60,089 bases of DNA. Source: Acidaminococcus fermentans. Its GTDB lineage: Bacteria > Bacillota_I > Bacilli_A > RF39 > UBA660. This document shows positions 48,286-56,698 of the stretch, piece by piece; position 1 is the first letter of the stretch, and every line of letters begins with the position of its first letter. Where the stretch lies: NCBI GenBank assembly GCA_963660495.1, contig CAVKYO010000052.1, forward strand, positions 1 to 60,089, written 5' to 3'. The translations under genes and the position numbers were made by a program. The notes under the pieces are model-generated. The model made no database searches. It saw nothing but the letters and a program-made list of their open reading frames with translations, and was not told the origin of the DNA.

Positions 48286-50347
48286 ATATTCTACCTTTTT
48301 CCAATTTTAAGACTCGATTAAACAACTTATTAAAATTATTTCTATGACTAATAACAATAACTGTCTTATCTTTTAAATATTCTAATACATTTTTTAGAAT
48401 AACTCTTGTTTTGTCTATATCTATCTGGCTAAAAGCCTCATCAAAAATATAAATATCACTCTTCCTAGTTAATGACCTAGCTAATATAATTCTTTGTTTC
48501 TCACCAGAACTAAAGTTAAATCCATTCTCTTCTACTAATTTTTGATAACCTAATCTGTCGTTTTTAACAATTTCATCAACTTTAGTAATCTTTGTAATCT
48601 TTAAAAACTCTTCTTTAGAAACATTCTGATTAAGCGTAATATTATTATAAAGTGTATCTGTAAATAAAGAATCATTATTACTAATATACGTAATATTATT
48701 TCTTATGTTATCCAAATGATAATGATTTATATCAATATTCTTAATCGATATAAAACCATATGGTACATTAATATATCTCATAAGCAATTTAACTAATGTA
48801 CTTTTTCCAGATCCAGATTCGCCTGTTAATAATACTTTATCCATATAAGAAATATTAAGTCTTAAGTTATTAAATAAATGTTTTTCTCCCAAATTATAAT
48901 TCAAATTGTTTATAATAACATCTCCATCTAAACGACACATTAAATAATATCCTTTACCATTAAACCTTTCCGTCCTAATGGTAAATAAATCTTCGATTCT
49001 TTCTAATGATAATTTAAAATCATGATAGCCAGTGTATAGGTTCAATAAATTTTCAAAGCAATATAGATAATAACTAAATATATTTTGATACACAAATAGT
49101 TGCCCTAAACTCATCTTATCAGATACAACAAAAAAGCATCCATAGCCAAGTATTACAATTAGCAACAAATTATTACTAATATTTTTTAGAAATAAAAATA
49201 ATTCTTCGAATAAATTAGAACTATAACTTTTTTCTAATAATTTCTGATACTTTATTTTAAAAACATCTGTGATTTTCTTTTCTAAATGACTACCTTTAAT
49301 AGTCTCAATATTAGTAATAGACTCAATCAAATAAGAATTGATTCTATCATTATAAACATTGACCTTTCTAACTTTTATAACTCTAAAATGGTTAAATATT
49401 ATTTGTGTAAAAAATAAAACAGTGCATATTAGAAAAACTATAATAAATATTTTTTTATTTAATCTAAACATTATAAAACTAAATAAAAGAAAACCTATCA
49501 AATCTGAAAATAACATACAACAAAATTGTCCTAATAAGTTCTTAATAATGTTTAAATCCCTAATTCTAGAAATAATCTCACCCGTTGTTCGATTCTTAAA
49601 ATATAAATACGGAAGTAAGAGAATATGCTTAAACGTTATAAAAGTAATTTCTAAATCCAGTTTACTTAAAATTTTTGTTAATAAAATATTTCTCATAAAA
49701 TTAGTAAATTCTTTGAAACAATAAAGGCAAAAAATGTAGATGCTCAAAAAAGTAATCAAGTTGCTTATTTTATAATTAACTGAAAATTCTAATAAATATT
49801 TAAAATGGAAGGTAGTTATGATTTGAAATAAAAAATAAATAAAAGTTAAAATGACAATTAATATTACAAACATTTTATTTTTCTTAATAAATTCTTTTAA
49901 TATCTTACGAATAATTTTACTTTTATTAAAAACTGGCAATGCTTTAACTGGCTTTAAAAATATATAATTCATACTAGACATTAATTTAAATTCACTAATA
50001 TTTAAAACTACTTTTCCCTTTGCTGGATCCATAATAAGCATTTTATTTTTTTTTAAATCAATGTCATAAATAACAACAAAGTGCTTATAGCCTTTATTAA
50101 CGATAATATGAGCAAGACAAGGTAAGTTATTTTTTTCTATTTTTGACAGGTCTCCTTTCATACCTATCGCATCAAATCCCACACTTTTAGCACCTTCTAT
50201 TAAATCATAAGCTGACACTCCAGACTTGTTTGTATTAGTAAGTTCTCTCAAATATTCCTTAGATACATCCCCATCATAAAATCTAATAACAGAAAGTAAA
50301 CAACAAATACCACAGTCTTTAATGCCATCTTGTAATACAACTTTCAT
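48266..50347 (-). CDS. Bacteriocin-processing ABC exporter with N-terminal C39 peptidase domain
   Basis: The N-terminus MKVVLQDGIKDCGICC carries the catalytic Cys; the His lies in KHFVVIYD. Six-TM domain, Walker A GESGSGKST, signature FSSGEKQRI, Walker B IYIFDEAFS. The ATG at 50347 is preferred over the track GTG at 50365. Confidence 0.9.
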   Translation of the reverse strand: MKVVLQDGIKDCGICCLLSVIRFYDGDVSKEYLRELTNTNKSGVSAYDLIEGAKSVGFDAIGMKGDLSKIEKNNLPCLAHIIVNKGYKHFVVIYDIDLKKNKMLIMDPAKGKVVLNISEFKLMSSMNYIFLKPVKALPVFNKSKIIRKILKEFIKKNKMFVILIVILTFIYFLFQIITTFHFKYLLEFSVNYKISNLITFLSIYIFCLYCFKEFTNFMRNILLTKILSKLDLEITFITFKHILLLPYLYFKNRTTGEIISRIRDLNIIKNLLGQFCCMLFSDLIGFLLFSFIMFRLNKKIFIIVFLICTVLFFTQIIFNHFRVIKVRKVNVYNDRINSYLIESITNIETIKGSHLEKKITDVFKIKYQKLLEKSYSSNLFEELFLFLKNISNNLLLIVILGYGCFFVVSDKMSLGQLFVYQNIFSYYLYCFENLLNLYTGYHDFKLSLERIEDLFTIRTERFNGKGYYLMCRLDGDVIINNLNYNLGEKHLFNNLRLNISYMDKVLLTGESGSGKSTLVKLLMRYINVPYGFISIKNIDINHYHLDNIRNNITYISNNDSLFTDTLYNNITLNQNVSKEEFLKITKITKVDEIVKNDRLGYQKLVEENGFNFSSGEKQRIILARSLTRKSDIYIFDEAFSQIDIDKTRVILKNVLEYLKDKTVIVISHRNNFNKLFNRVLKLEKGRIYEISKL

Positions 50348-50361
50348 AACGTCTTTTTCTC

Positions 50362-50386
50362 TCACCTCCTACTTTATTATTCGAAA
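50362..50386 (-). promoter_or_regulatory. 25-nt shared element (copy 2), cin-box-like TTCGAATA, upstream of the bacteriocin exporter
   Basis: The minus strand reads TTTCGAATAATAAAGTAGGAGGTGA, identical to 15827-15851. A T-rich tract lies immediately 5'. Confidence 0.5.
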
Positions 50387-50413
50387 TAAAATTAACTTTC
50401 CCACAGAAAAATG

Positions 50414-50441
50414 CAAAAAAAAGAAACAATTTCTTGTTTCT
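50414..50441 (-). terminator. Rho-independent terminator upstream of the bacteriocin operon
   Basis: The minus strand reads AGAAACAA-gaaa-TTGTTTCT followed by TTTTTTT. Confidence 0.65.
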
Positions 50442-50780
50442 TAATGTAGGGAGTGATTAGTCGTGTTATTCTAAAAAATATATTTTAACATGAGAAACAA
50501 ATATTAGTTAAAATAATCTCCCTACAGCTTTATAATAACACAGTTTCTTTTTGTAAACAAGTACTTTACTGAACAAAAATTTTGGCATTCATATAAAAGT
50601 CCTTTTATATATAAAAATATGATAAGTCTAATTATAGTATAATAAAATTCTTGTAATGCTGTGTAATTTTTATAATGATTCCATGAAGTTGCGGAAAATG
50701 TTGGTGATACCGTAGAAACATTAAATAATTTAAAAAAGTCTTAAAAATAAGATGTAAATAAGACGTAAAAATAACAAAGC

Positions 50781-50805
50781 AAAAAAAAACCTTGTAAAAC
50801 AAGGG
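50781..50805 (-). terminator. Terminator after tRNA-Arg
   Basis: The minus strand reads CCTTGT-ttt-ACAAGG followed by T9. Confidence 0.6.
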
Positions 50806-50817
50806 TAATTTTTTAAA

Positions 50818-50894
50818 TGGTGTCCGCGAGGCGACTCGAACGCCTGACCGATCGCTTAGAAGGCGATTGCTCTATCCAGCTGAGCTACGCAGAC
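50818..50894 (-). tRNA. tRNA-Arg (anticodon UCU), CCA encoded
   Basis: 77 nt: GTCTGCG-TA-GCTC-AGCTGGATA-GAGC-A-ATCGC-CTTCTAA-GCGAT-CGGTC-AGGCG-TTCGAGT-CGCCT-CGCGGAC-A-CCA. All four stems pair. Confidence 0.9.
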
Positions 50895-50913
50895 ATATCA
50901 GCTGACAAATAGA

Positions 50914-50942
50914 ATTATACAATAAAAGCTCTATTCTTGCAA
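50914..50942 (-). promoter_or_regulatory. Promoter of tRNA-Arg
   Basis: The minus strand reads TTGCAA, a 17-nt spacer, then TATAAT, about 13-20 nt upstream of the mature tRNA 5' end. It overlaps the hairpin after the upstream ABC gene. Confidence 0.55.
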
Positions 50943-51024
50943 GAGCTTTTTTTACTTTTTCTAAACAACTATATTCTATCTATATTCTAAAACACACGAT
51001 TATGTAAATATTTTGTTTCTTTCT

Positions 51025-52758
51025 TTAATGCTGTTTTTTTAATTCAGCTTCATATAGTTGATGATAAGTTTTACTATTTTTCAATAGTTTTTCATGAGTT
51101 CCTTCATCTACTATGGTTCCGTCTTCTACTAATAGTATTCTATCACTATTTATTACAGTACTTAATCTGTGTGCAATTATTAGTATTGTGTATTCATTTT
51201 TCATATTGTCTATGGCCTGTTTTATACTTGACTGAGTTTCATTGTCTAGAGCTGATGTAGCTTCATCAAATAGAATTATTTCTGTTTTTTGAACTAGGGC
51301 ACGTGCTATTGCTAGACGCTGACGTTCTCCGCCTGATAAATTAATTCCACCTTCTCCAATCATGGTATCATATCCTTCTGGCAGTGAATTAATGAACTCA
51401 TCTAAGCAAGCTGTTTTACAGGCTTCAACCATGTCTTCATCTGTTAAGTTTTCTTTTACAAGACGTAAATTTTCCCTAATACTCATGTTAAATATGTATG
51501 GGTTTTGACTGATAATAGTTATATTCCCGCGAATAGAGTCCTTATCTAATTCTTTAATACTTATCCCATCTATCGTTATATCTCCAGAATTGATATCATA
51601 CATTTTACATAATAAGCTAAATACCGTACTTTTTCCAGCACCGGATTTTCCTACAAAAGCTACCGTTGAATTTGCTTTTACTTTAAAACTCATATTTTTA
51701 ATAGTTAACTGTTCTTTCTTATACCCAAAGTAAACATTTTTGAATTCAAAGTCTCCATGAATCTTTTTGAGCTTCTTCTTGCCAAACTTTTCTTTTGGAA
51801 ACTCTTCGCTGTCAATGATACTAAATATTCTTTCTGAAGATAGGTTAAAATCTTTTACCTTTTCTAAAAACTCACTAATATAAAATACGACCGAAGCAAG
51901 ATTGCTCATGTAATTATTTATGACTAAAGCGTTAGCAATAGTAAGATTTCCTGTTGCTATTAAAAGCAGTGAAGTAAATATACGACCGGCATCAAATAAG
52001 TCATGTAGTGTTCCTGATATAAATCGATAGTTTCTGTTTATTGAGTCCATATTATATTTTTCTTGATTTAAGTTAGTTATTCTTTCGCCTAGCTCTTTTA
52101 TAAAACTTTCTTCGGCATTTAACATTTTAATATCATGTGCTCCATGAACTAGTTCTCCTATAAAGCCAGATAATTTTTCATGATTTTTTCGATAAATTTT
52201 ATCTTTATTATTTACTATAGTAATGCGTTTTTTTTCAACTATAAAAATAGTAATTATCATAATAACTAAGTATAAAAACATTATTTTATTAATAATGAAG
52301 ACAGCTAAAAATATACCTATATTTGTTACTATGTTTGTTAAGTAGACATTTAGGACTACAAAGATATCAGCAACTTTACTAGCATCATTCGTTAATCTCT
52401 GTATGAACAATCCCGAACCATTTTCGTTTAGGCAACTATTTTCTATTTTTAATATTTCTGTTCCTAAACTGATTTCAATTTCATTAAATGTTTCCCTAAA
52501 TATTCGTTGTCTAAAGTAACTTGTGGCATAATATGCAGTATTTCTAAATATTTCAACTATTAAAATAACTATTCCTATAAATAGTACTTGTTTGAACTGA
52601 TTGCTTGTTAAATTAACAATTATTTTTGCACTTAAAATTGGTATAAATAAATTTATAAAGATAAATACTACATTAAATGCTATATAGCCAATGATATATT
52701 TCTTTTGATTTTTTCCATATTTCCAGGCTTTCTTGACATTTTTTAGGAATTCTTTCAT
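51025..52758 (-). CDS. ABC exporter, fused permease/ATPase (MsbA/multidrug type, no peptidase domain)
   Basis: 577 aa, six TM helices. Walker A GKSGAGKST, signature LSGGERQRLAIARA, Walker B ILFDEATSALD. Confidence 0.85.
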   Translation of the reverse strand: MKEFLKNVKKAWKYGKNQKKYIIGYIAFNVVFIFINLFIPILSAKIIVNLTSNQFKQVLFIGIVILIVEIFRNTAYYATSYFRQRIFRETFNEIEISLGTEILKIENSCLNENGSGLFIQRLTNDASKVADIFVVLNVYLTNIVTNIGIFLAVFIINKIMFLYLVIMIITIFIVEKKRITIVNNKDKIYRKNHEKLSGFIGELVHGAHDIKMLNAEESFIKELGERITNLNQEKYNMDSINRNYRFISGTLHDLFDAGRIFTSLLLIATGNLTIANALVINNYMSNLASVVFYISEFLEKVKDFNLSSERIFSIIDSEEFPKEKFGKKKLKKIHGDFEFKNVYFGYKKEQLTIKNMSFKVKANSTVAFVGKSGAGKSTVFSLLCKMYDINSGDITIDGISIKELDKDSIRGNITIISQNPYIFNMSIRENLRLVKENLTDEDMVEACKTACLDEFINSLPEGYDTMIGEGGINLSGGERQRLAIARALVQKTEIILFDEATSALDNETQSSIKQAIDNMKNEYTILIIAHRLSTVINSDRILLVEDGTIVDEGTHEKLLKNSKTYHQLYEAELKKQH

Positions 52759-52870
52759 TACACTTCACCTGACTTTACTTTATTTTCAAATATTATTATA
52801 TTATATTTTTACTTTAATGTAAATTGATATAGGATGTACTTTTGTGTTAAAATGTTTGTAGGAGGGATAT

Positions 52871-53398
52871 ATGAAAACAGTTAATAATACACAAACAGTA
52901 AAGCGCGATGACTATATTTCTTGGGATGAATATTTTATTGGAATTGCTAAACTGTCATCTATGCGAAGTAAAGATCCAAGTACACAAGTTGGATGTTGTA
53001 TAGTTAGTCAGGATAACAGAATTTTATCTGTCGGATATAATGGTGCTCCTAATGGTTTTGATGATGATTCTTTTCCTTGGGCACGCATTGGTGAAAAACT
53101 AGAGACAAAATACATGTATGTTTGTCATAGTGAGTTAAATGCAATTTTAAATTATCGTGGAAATACGCAAGATTTACAGGGTTCTAAGATATATGTTAGA
53201 TATTTTCCTTGTAACGAATGTGCTAAGGCTATAATTCAGTCTGGTATAAGAGAAGTTATTTATTCACATTCTTATGACTATGATAATCATAGTGAGGAAA
53301 TGGAAGCTTCTATTAGAATGTTTGATAAATGTGGTGTTAAGTATAGAAAGTTTGTGCCAGAGAATAAAAAGGAAATTGTTTTACATTTGGAAGATTAG
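52871..53398 (+). CDS. dCMP deaminase (ComEB-type)
   Basis: 175 aa. Zinc motifs HSELNAI and PCNECAKAI. Confidence 0.85.
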   Translation: MKTVNNTQTVKRDDYISWDEYFIGIAKLSSMRSKDPSTQVGCCIVSQDNRILSVGYNGAPNGFDDDSFPWARIGEKLETKYMYVCHSELNAILNYRGNTQDLQGSKIYVRYFPCNECAKAIIQSGIREVIYSHSYDYDNHSEEMEASIRMFDKCGVKYRKFVPENKKEIVLHLED

Positions 53399-53479
53399 TA
53401 GTTTTTATGGCTACTTTTTTTGTAATGTTGTTGGATTTGATGTGGATGAAGATGTTTGTACTGATTTGTGTTTAAATAA

Positions 53480-53524
53480 AAAGACCGTTTCTATTTTGGA
53501 TAAGAAACGGTCTTTATTTTTGTT
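53480..53524. terminator. Bidirectional terminator between convergent genes
   Basis: 13-bp stem AAAGACCGTTTCT / AGAAACGGTCTTT with a 10-nt loop, flanked by A-rich and T-rich tracts. Confidence 0.75.
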
Positions 53525-53600
53525 TAGTTTGGCTGTGTTTGATGAAACTGGTTATTACTTGGGTGCTTTTTTCTGGATGATTTTTTTGATTTTATTGATT

Positions 53601-54290
53601 CTACTCTTCTATTTTTTCAACTTCATTGTACTCTTTACCTTTTAGGTCTATTAAGGCTTTTTTTATTGTTAAGTTGTTTTTTAATTGACCAGTATTTTGA
53701 TTGGCTACAGTTTCATTTTTTTCAATATTTTCTATTGTTGTCCAGCCGTCGATTACTTTTCCAAATGCGGCATATTGTCCATCTAAATGTTCAGCTGTAC
53801 CTAGCATTATGAAAAATTGACTTCCAGCAGTATCGTTTGAAGCAGATGTTCTTGCCATGGAGATTATTCCTTTTTCATGTTTTAAGTCATTTTCAAAATC
53901 GTTTGCGGCAAACTCACCTTTTATTGTATAGCCAGGGCCTCCAGTACCAGTTCCAGTTGGGTCGCCACCTTGTAAGACGAATCCTGGTATTAATCTGTGA
54001 AATGTGTTATTGTCATAAAATCCTGTTTTTACTAGTGAAATGAAGTTTGATACTGTATTTGGTGCAATTTGAGGATATAATTCCATAACTACTGAGCCAT
54101 AATTTTCTATGTACATTGCTACTACGGGATTTGTTGTGTCATATTGTGATAGTTCAACTTTGTTTGATGTCGTGTCATAATTTATTCCTAGTAAGTCTTC
54201 TTTTACAGTTTCTTTTTTGTTACTGCAACCAGAAATAGAGGCGACGACTATTAATAATGTTATTATTAAATATATTTTCTTATTTTGCAT
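53601..54290 (-). CDS. Cyclophilin-type peptidyl-prolyl isomerase, lipoprotein
   Basis: Lipobox VASISGC. Motifs FHRLIPGFVLQGGDPTGTGTGGPGY and SQFFI. Confidence 0.9.
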   Translation of the reverse strand: MQNKKIYLIITLLIVVASISGCSNKKETVKEDLLGINYDTTSNKVELSQYDTTNPVVAMYIENYGSVVMELYPQIAPNTVSNFISLVKTGFYDNNTFHRLIPGFVLQGGDPTGTGTGGPGYTIKGEFAANDFENDLKHEKGIISMARTSASNDTAGSQFFIMLGTAEHLDGQYAAFGKVIDGWTTIENIEKNETVANQNTGQLKNNLTIKKALIDLKGKEYNEVEKIEE

Positions 54291-55692
54291 TTTTCTTTGT
54301 CCTTTCTAGTATGTCTCTTGCTGCTACTAATCCAGTTGCGGCAGCTGTTACGATATTTCCAGCTTTTCCGGCACCATCACCAATGAAATATATGTTATCA
54401 TTATTTAGTTTAAAATTGTTGTCGGTAGCAATTTCGTTGCTGAAAAATTTAATTTCTGGTCCATATAGTAATGTATCATCATTGGCAACTCCTGGTATTA
54501 TTTTGTCAAGTGTTTCTAAACCTTCTAAAATATTGGTAATGATTCTATGTGGCATAACTAGTGCTAAGTCTCCAGCAACGCAGTCTTTTAAGGTTGGCTC
54601 AATAAAACCTTTATTTATACGATGCCATTCACTGCGTCGTCCATTTTTTAAGTCTTTTAGAGATTGTATTATTGGTTTACCATCACCTAGTACATTGGCA
54701 ATTTTAGCAATTGATTCGCCATATAGTCTGGTGTTGGTAACTGGCTCTGTTAAATTAATTTTTGTTATAAAAGCAAAATTGGCATTGTTACTTTTTATAT
54801 CTTTTAAGGCGTGACCATTGACGCATATGTAACCATAATAGTTTTCTTTTGCTACAAATCCGCCTGGATTCGTACAAAATGTTCTAATTTCATCTGAGTA
54901 TGTTTTTGTTTTTATAAATATAGTTGGATCATATATTACATTTGTAATTTCCTCCATTATGTCTTTTCTAACTTCTACTCGAACACCAATTTCTATACTT
55001 TGTGACAGATATGGTATATTGTGCTTGTCAGCAAATTCCTGTATCCATTTTGCTCCTGTACGACCTGGTGCAATGACAACATTTTTTGATATTATGGATT
55101 TTTCCTTTTTTGCTGGATTCAAATAAGTTATTTCGTGTTCTTCTTCGTTTATTGTTTTTATATCTGTAACATCTGATTTTTCTATTAATGTAACTCCTTT
55201 ATCAGCTAAGAACTTGCAAATTCCTTCTATGTATTCTGGCAAATGGTCACTGCCTAGATGTTTTTGTTTTATAATTAGGAGTTTTGCACCTGCTACTGTT
55301 ACTTTTTTTCTTATTTCTGAGGCAAAATCTAAATTACTTGGGTATACTTCAGCATCCATATTAAATTTGTTAAATATTGCTTCTGTTTCGTCTATTAATT
55401 TATAAGCTTCGCTCTCGCTCATGTACTTTGTTAGGTCACTTTTACCAAGTTTTGGTATAAAATTCAGCTTGCCGTCTGAAAAGGTTCCTGCTCCACCGTA
55501 GCCAGATAATATGGCACACGGATTACAGTTTTGACATGGCACTCCTTGCTTTATCATTGGACAAACTCTTTTCTTTACAGAAAAGCCTTTTTCTAAAATT
55601 GCTATTTTTAGTTTTGGATTATTGATTATTAGTTCATAAGCATTAAATAGACCAGCTGGTCCAGCACCTATGATTACAACATCATATTTCAT
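54280..55692 (-). CDS. FAD-dependent oxidoreductase (COG2509-like)
   Basis: 470 aa. N-terminal dinucleotide fold YDVVIIGAGPAGLF and C-terminal GDGAG motif. Confidence 0.7.
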   Translation of the reverse strand: MKYDVVIIGAGPAGLFNAYELIINNPKLKIAILEKGFSVKKRVCPMIKQGVPCQNCNPCAILSGYGGAGTFSDGKLNFIPKLGKSDLTKYMSESEAYKLIDETEAIFNKFNMDAEVYPSNLDFASEIRKKVTVAGAKLLIIKQKHLGSDHLPEYIEGICKFLADKGVTLIEKSDVTDIKTINEEEHEITYLNPAKKEKSIISKNVVIAPGRTGAKWIQEFADKHNIPYLSQSIEIGVRVEVRKDIMEEITNVIYDPTIFIKTKTYSDEIRTFCTNPGGFVAKENYYGYICVNGHALKDIKSNNANFAFITKINLTEPVTNTRLYGESIAKIANVLGDGKPIIQSLKDLKNGRRSEWHRINKGFIEPTLKDCVAGDLALVMPHRIITNILEGLETLDKIIPGVANDDTLLYGPEIKFFSNEIATDNNFKLNNDNIYFIGDGAGKAGNIVTAAATGLVAARDILERTKKNAK

Positions 55693-55780
55693 TTTATCAC
55701 CCAGTATAATTTTACCATAACTTTTATTTTTTTACTAATTAATTATAAAATGTATGATACAATATACTTGGTGATAATAA

Positions 55781-56698
55781 ATGACTAGAGAGGAACTGAA
55801 TAAGGCTAAACAGTCCGAAATTATTAGTGAAGAACGAAGAGAAAAAAGAAAAAAAGTAGTATGTATTACTTTTAAGATAATTCTTGCTTTAGTAATTATT
55901 TTTTCTACTTTTTATATTTTAAATGATTATATATTTACGAAAAAAATATTGATCAAAGAAGAACGAATTGTAAGTGAGAAAATTCCAGATAGTTTTAATG
56001 GACTTAAAGTTGTACAATTTTCTGACTTGCATTATGGTTCTACTGTTTTTCTAGATGATGTTAAAAGACTTGTGAAGCTGATTAATTCTAGAAACCCTGA
56101 TATTGTTATTTTTACTGGCGATTTAATTGATATTGATTATGACATTTCTGATAAGGAAAAGGAAAGTCTTATACATGAAGTTTCAAAGTTAAAAGCTAGC
56201 ATTGGTAAATACGCGATTTTTGGTGATGAGGATAGTGATGATTATTCAAGTATTATTAAGCAAGCAAATTTTATTCTGCTCGATAATTCTTATGATTTAA
56301 TTTATGATGGTGATAATAAGCCAATAATTATAATTGGAATTTCTAGTTTGTTAAGCAATAGTTATGATATTGATGAGGCTTTTAGTTATTTTAAGGAAAG
56401 CAATAGTAATTCTAATTTATATAGTATTATTGCTTTTCATGAACCCGATTTAACTGATTATGTATTAAAAAATAATAATGCTGATTTGTTGTTGGCGGGT
56501 CATTCTCAAAATGGCTATGTAAGATTACCTTTTATTAATGGTTTGGTTAAGAGTGATGGGGCAATGGAATATTATGAAGAAAAATATGAGTTTTCAAATA
56601 GTAAACTGTTTATATCTTCTGGAATTGGCACCAATGGTTCTGGTATTAGATTTATGTGTCAACCAAGTATCAACTTTTTTAGACTTTCAAGTAAATAG
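55781..56698 (+). CDS. Membrane-anchored metallophosphoesterase (YkuE-like)
   Basis: 305 aa with a TM helix. Motifs FSDLHYG, FTGDLID and AGHSQNG. Confidence 0.8.
   Translation: MTREELNKAKQSEIISEERREKRKKVVCITFKIILALVIIFSTFYILNDYIFTKKILIKEERIVSEKIPDSFNGLKVVQFSDLHYGSTVFLDDVKRLVKLINSRNPDIVIFTGDLIDIDYDISDKEKESLIHEVSKLKASIGKYAIFGDEDSDDYSSIIKQANFILLDNSYDLIYDGDNKPIIIIGISSLLSNSYDIDEAFSYFKESNSNSNLYSIIAFHEPDLTDYVLKNNNADLLLAGHSQNGYVRLPFINGLVKSDGAMEYYEEKYEFSNSKLFISSGIGTNGSGIRFMCQPSINFFRLSSK

Noticed and set aside
50348-50365. GTG start and six extra codons for the C39 ABC exporter
   Set aside because: The GTG directly abuts the AGGAGG, leaving no spacer. Starting at ATG 50347 gives MKVVLQDG..DCG, which matches the usual distance from the start to the catalytic Cys in this family.
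50560-50780. Extra bacteriocin, pheromone or regulator micro-ORFs in the tRNA-exporter spacer
   Set aside because: The only frames found are 8-29 codons long (for example MNAKIFVQ and MFLRYHQHFPQLHGIIIKITQHYKNFIIL). None has a Gly-Gly leader or a convincing RBS.
54257-54814. 185-aa plus-strand ORF
   Set aside because: It lies entirely antisense to the well-supported FAD oxidoreductase gene. Its composition is the low-complexity Ser/Leu/Phe typical of the mirror frame of an AT-rich gene, and it has no RBS.
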